A DNA stretch of 62,981 bases, filler included, from Rhabdomonas costata (taxonomy: Eukaryota), in NCBI GenBank assembly GCA_019059605.1. It is 35 parts of 35 records of this genome, joined end to end, with 100 filler letters (N's around TTAATTAATTAA, not from the genome) between each part and the next. Parts side by side here need not be neighbours in the genome. Positions count along the whole stretch, not along the records: positions 61,280 to 62,981 come from JAHMHO010010415.1; 34 more parts are not named here. The stretch is one strand, 5' to 3'. Below are positions 62,937 to 62,981 of this stretch, one piece after another. Position numbers and translations under genes: made by a program. The notes beneath the pieces are model-generated. The model searched no databases. It was not told where the DNA came from and saw only the letters and a list, made by a program, of their open reading frames with translations. Positions within the stretch are counted from its first letter, which is position 1. The number at the start of each line of letters is the position of its first letter.

Positions 62937-62981
62937 GGTATTTCGGTTGGAAAGGCGATGCAGGTAGGGAAACCAAACCCC

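Overview
This is not a contiguous locus. It is 35 unrelated contigs of about 1.70 kb joined by 34 artificial 100-bp linkers (N44-TTAATTAATTAA-N44), so adjacency across a linker means nothing. Most contigs are intron-rich nuclear gene fragments of a euglenozoan, most likely a euglenid. The evidence is a spirochete-type enolase like the Euglena cytosolic enzyme, a trypanosomatid-like TyrRS, a periplasmic-binding-protein receptor ectodomain and a class III adenylate cyclase. Introns are GT-AG plus several GC-AG. Other recognisable fragments: PKD2-like channel, calpain, cullin, ankyrin-repeat, LRR, RRM, NPP phosphodiesterase, DUF155/RMND1, Mut7-C, CBM20, EGF and OPR/HPR-like proteins, a gag zinc knuckle and a stop-interrupted GIY-YIG nuclease. 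Two things do not look like ordinary host nuclear DNA. (1) 12619-14322 is an array of three ~250-bp AT-rich modules, each with the Mimiviridae early-promoter motif AAAATTGA and a long palindromic hairpin, alternating with unrelated small gene cassettes (giant-virus-like). (2) A family of motif-shuffled, strand-skewed sequences occurs on three contigs (19827-20770, 54063-55776, 56550-57577). One member carries a ~47-nt cox1 fragment (GHPEV...PG.GIVSH) whose missing bases could nearly all be supplied as U, which hints at fragmented or cryptic mitochondrial DNA. All family assignments come from motif recognition by eye; no searches were run.
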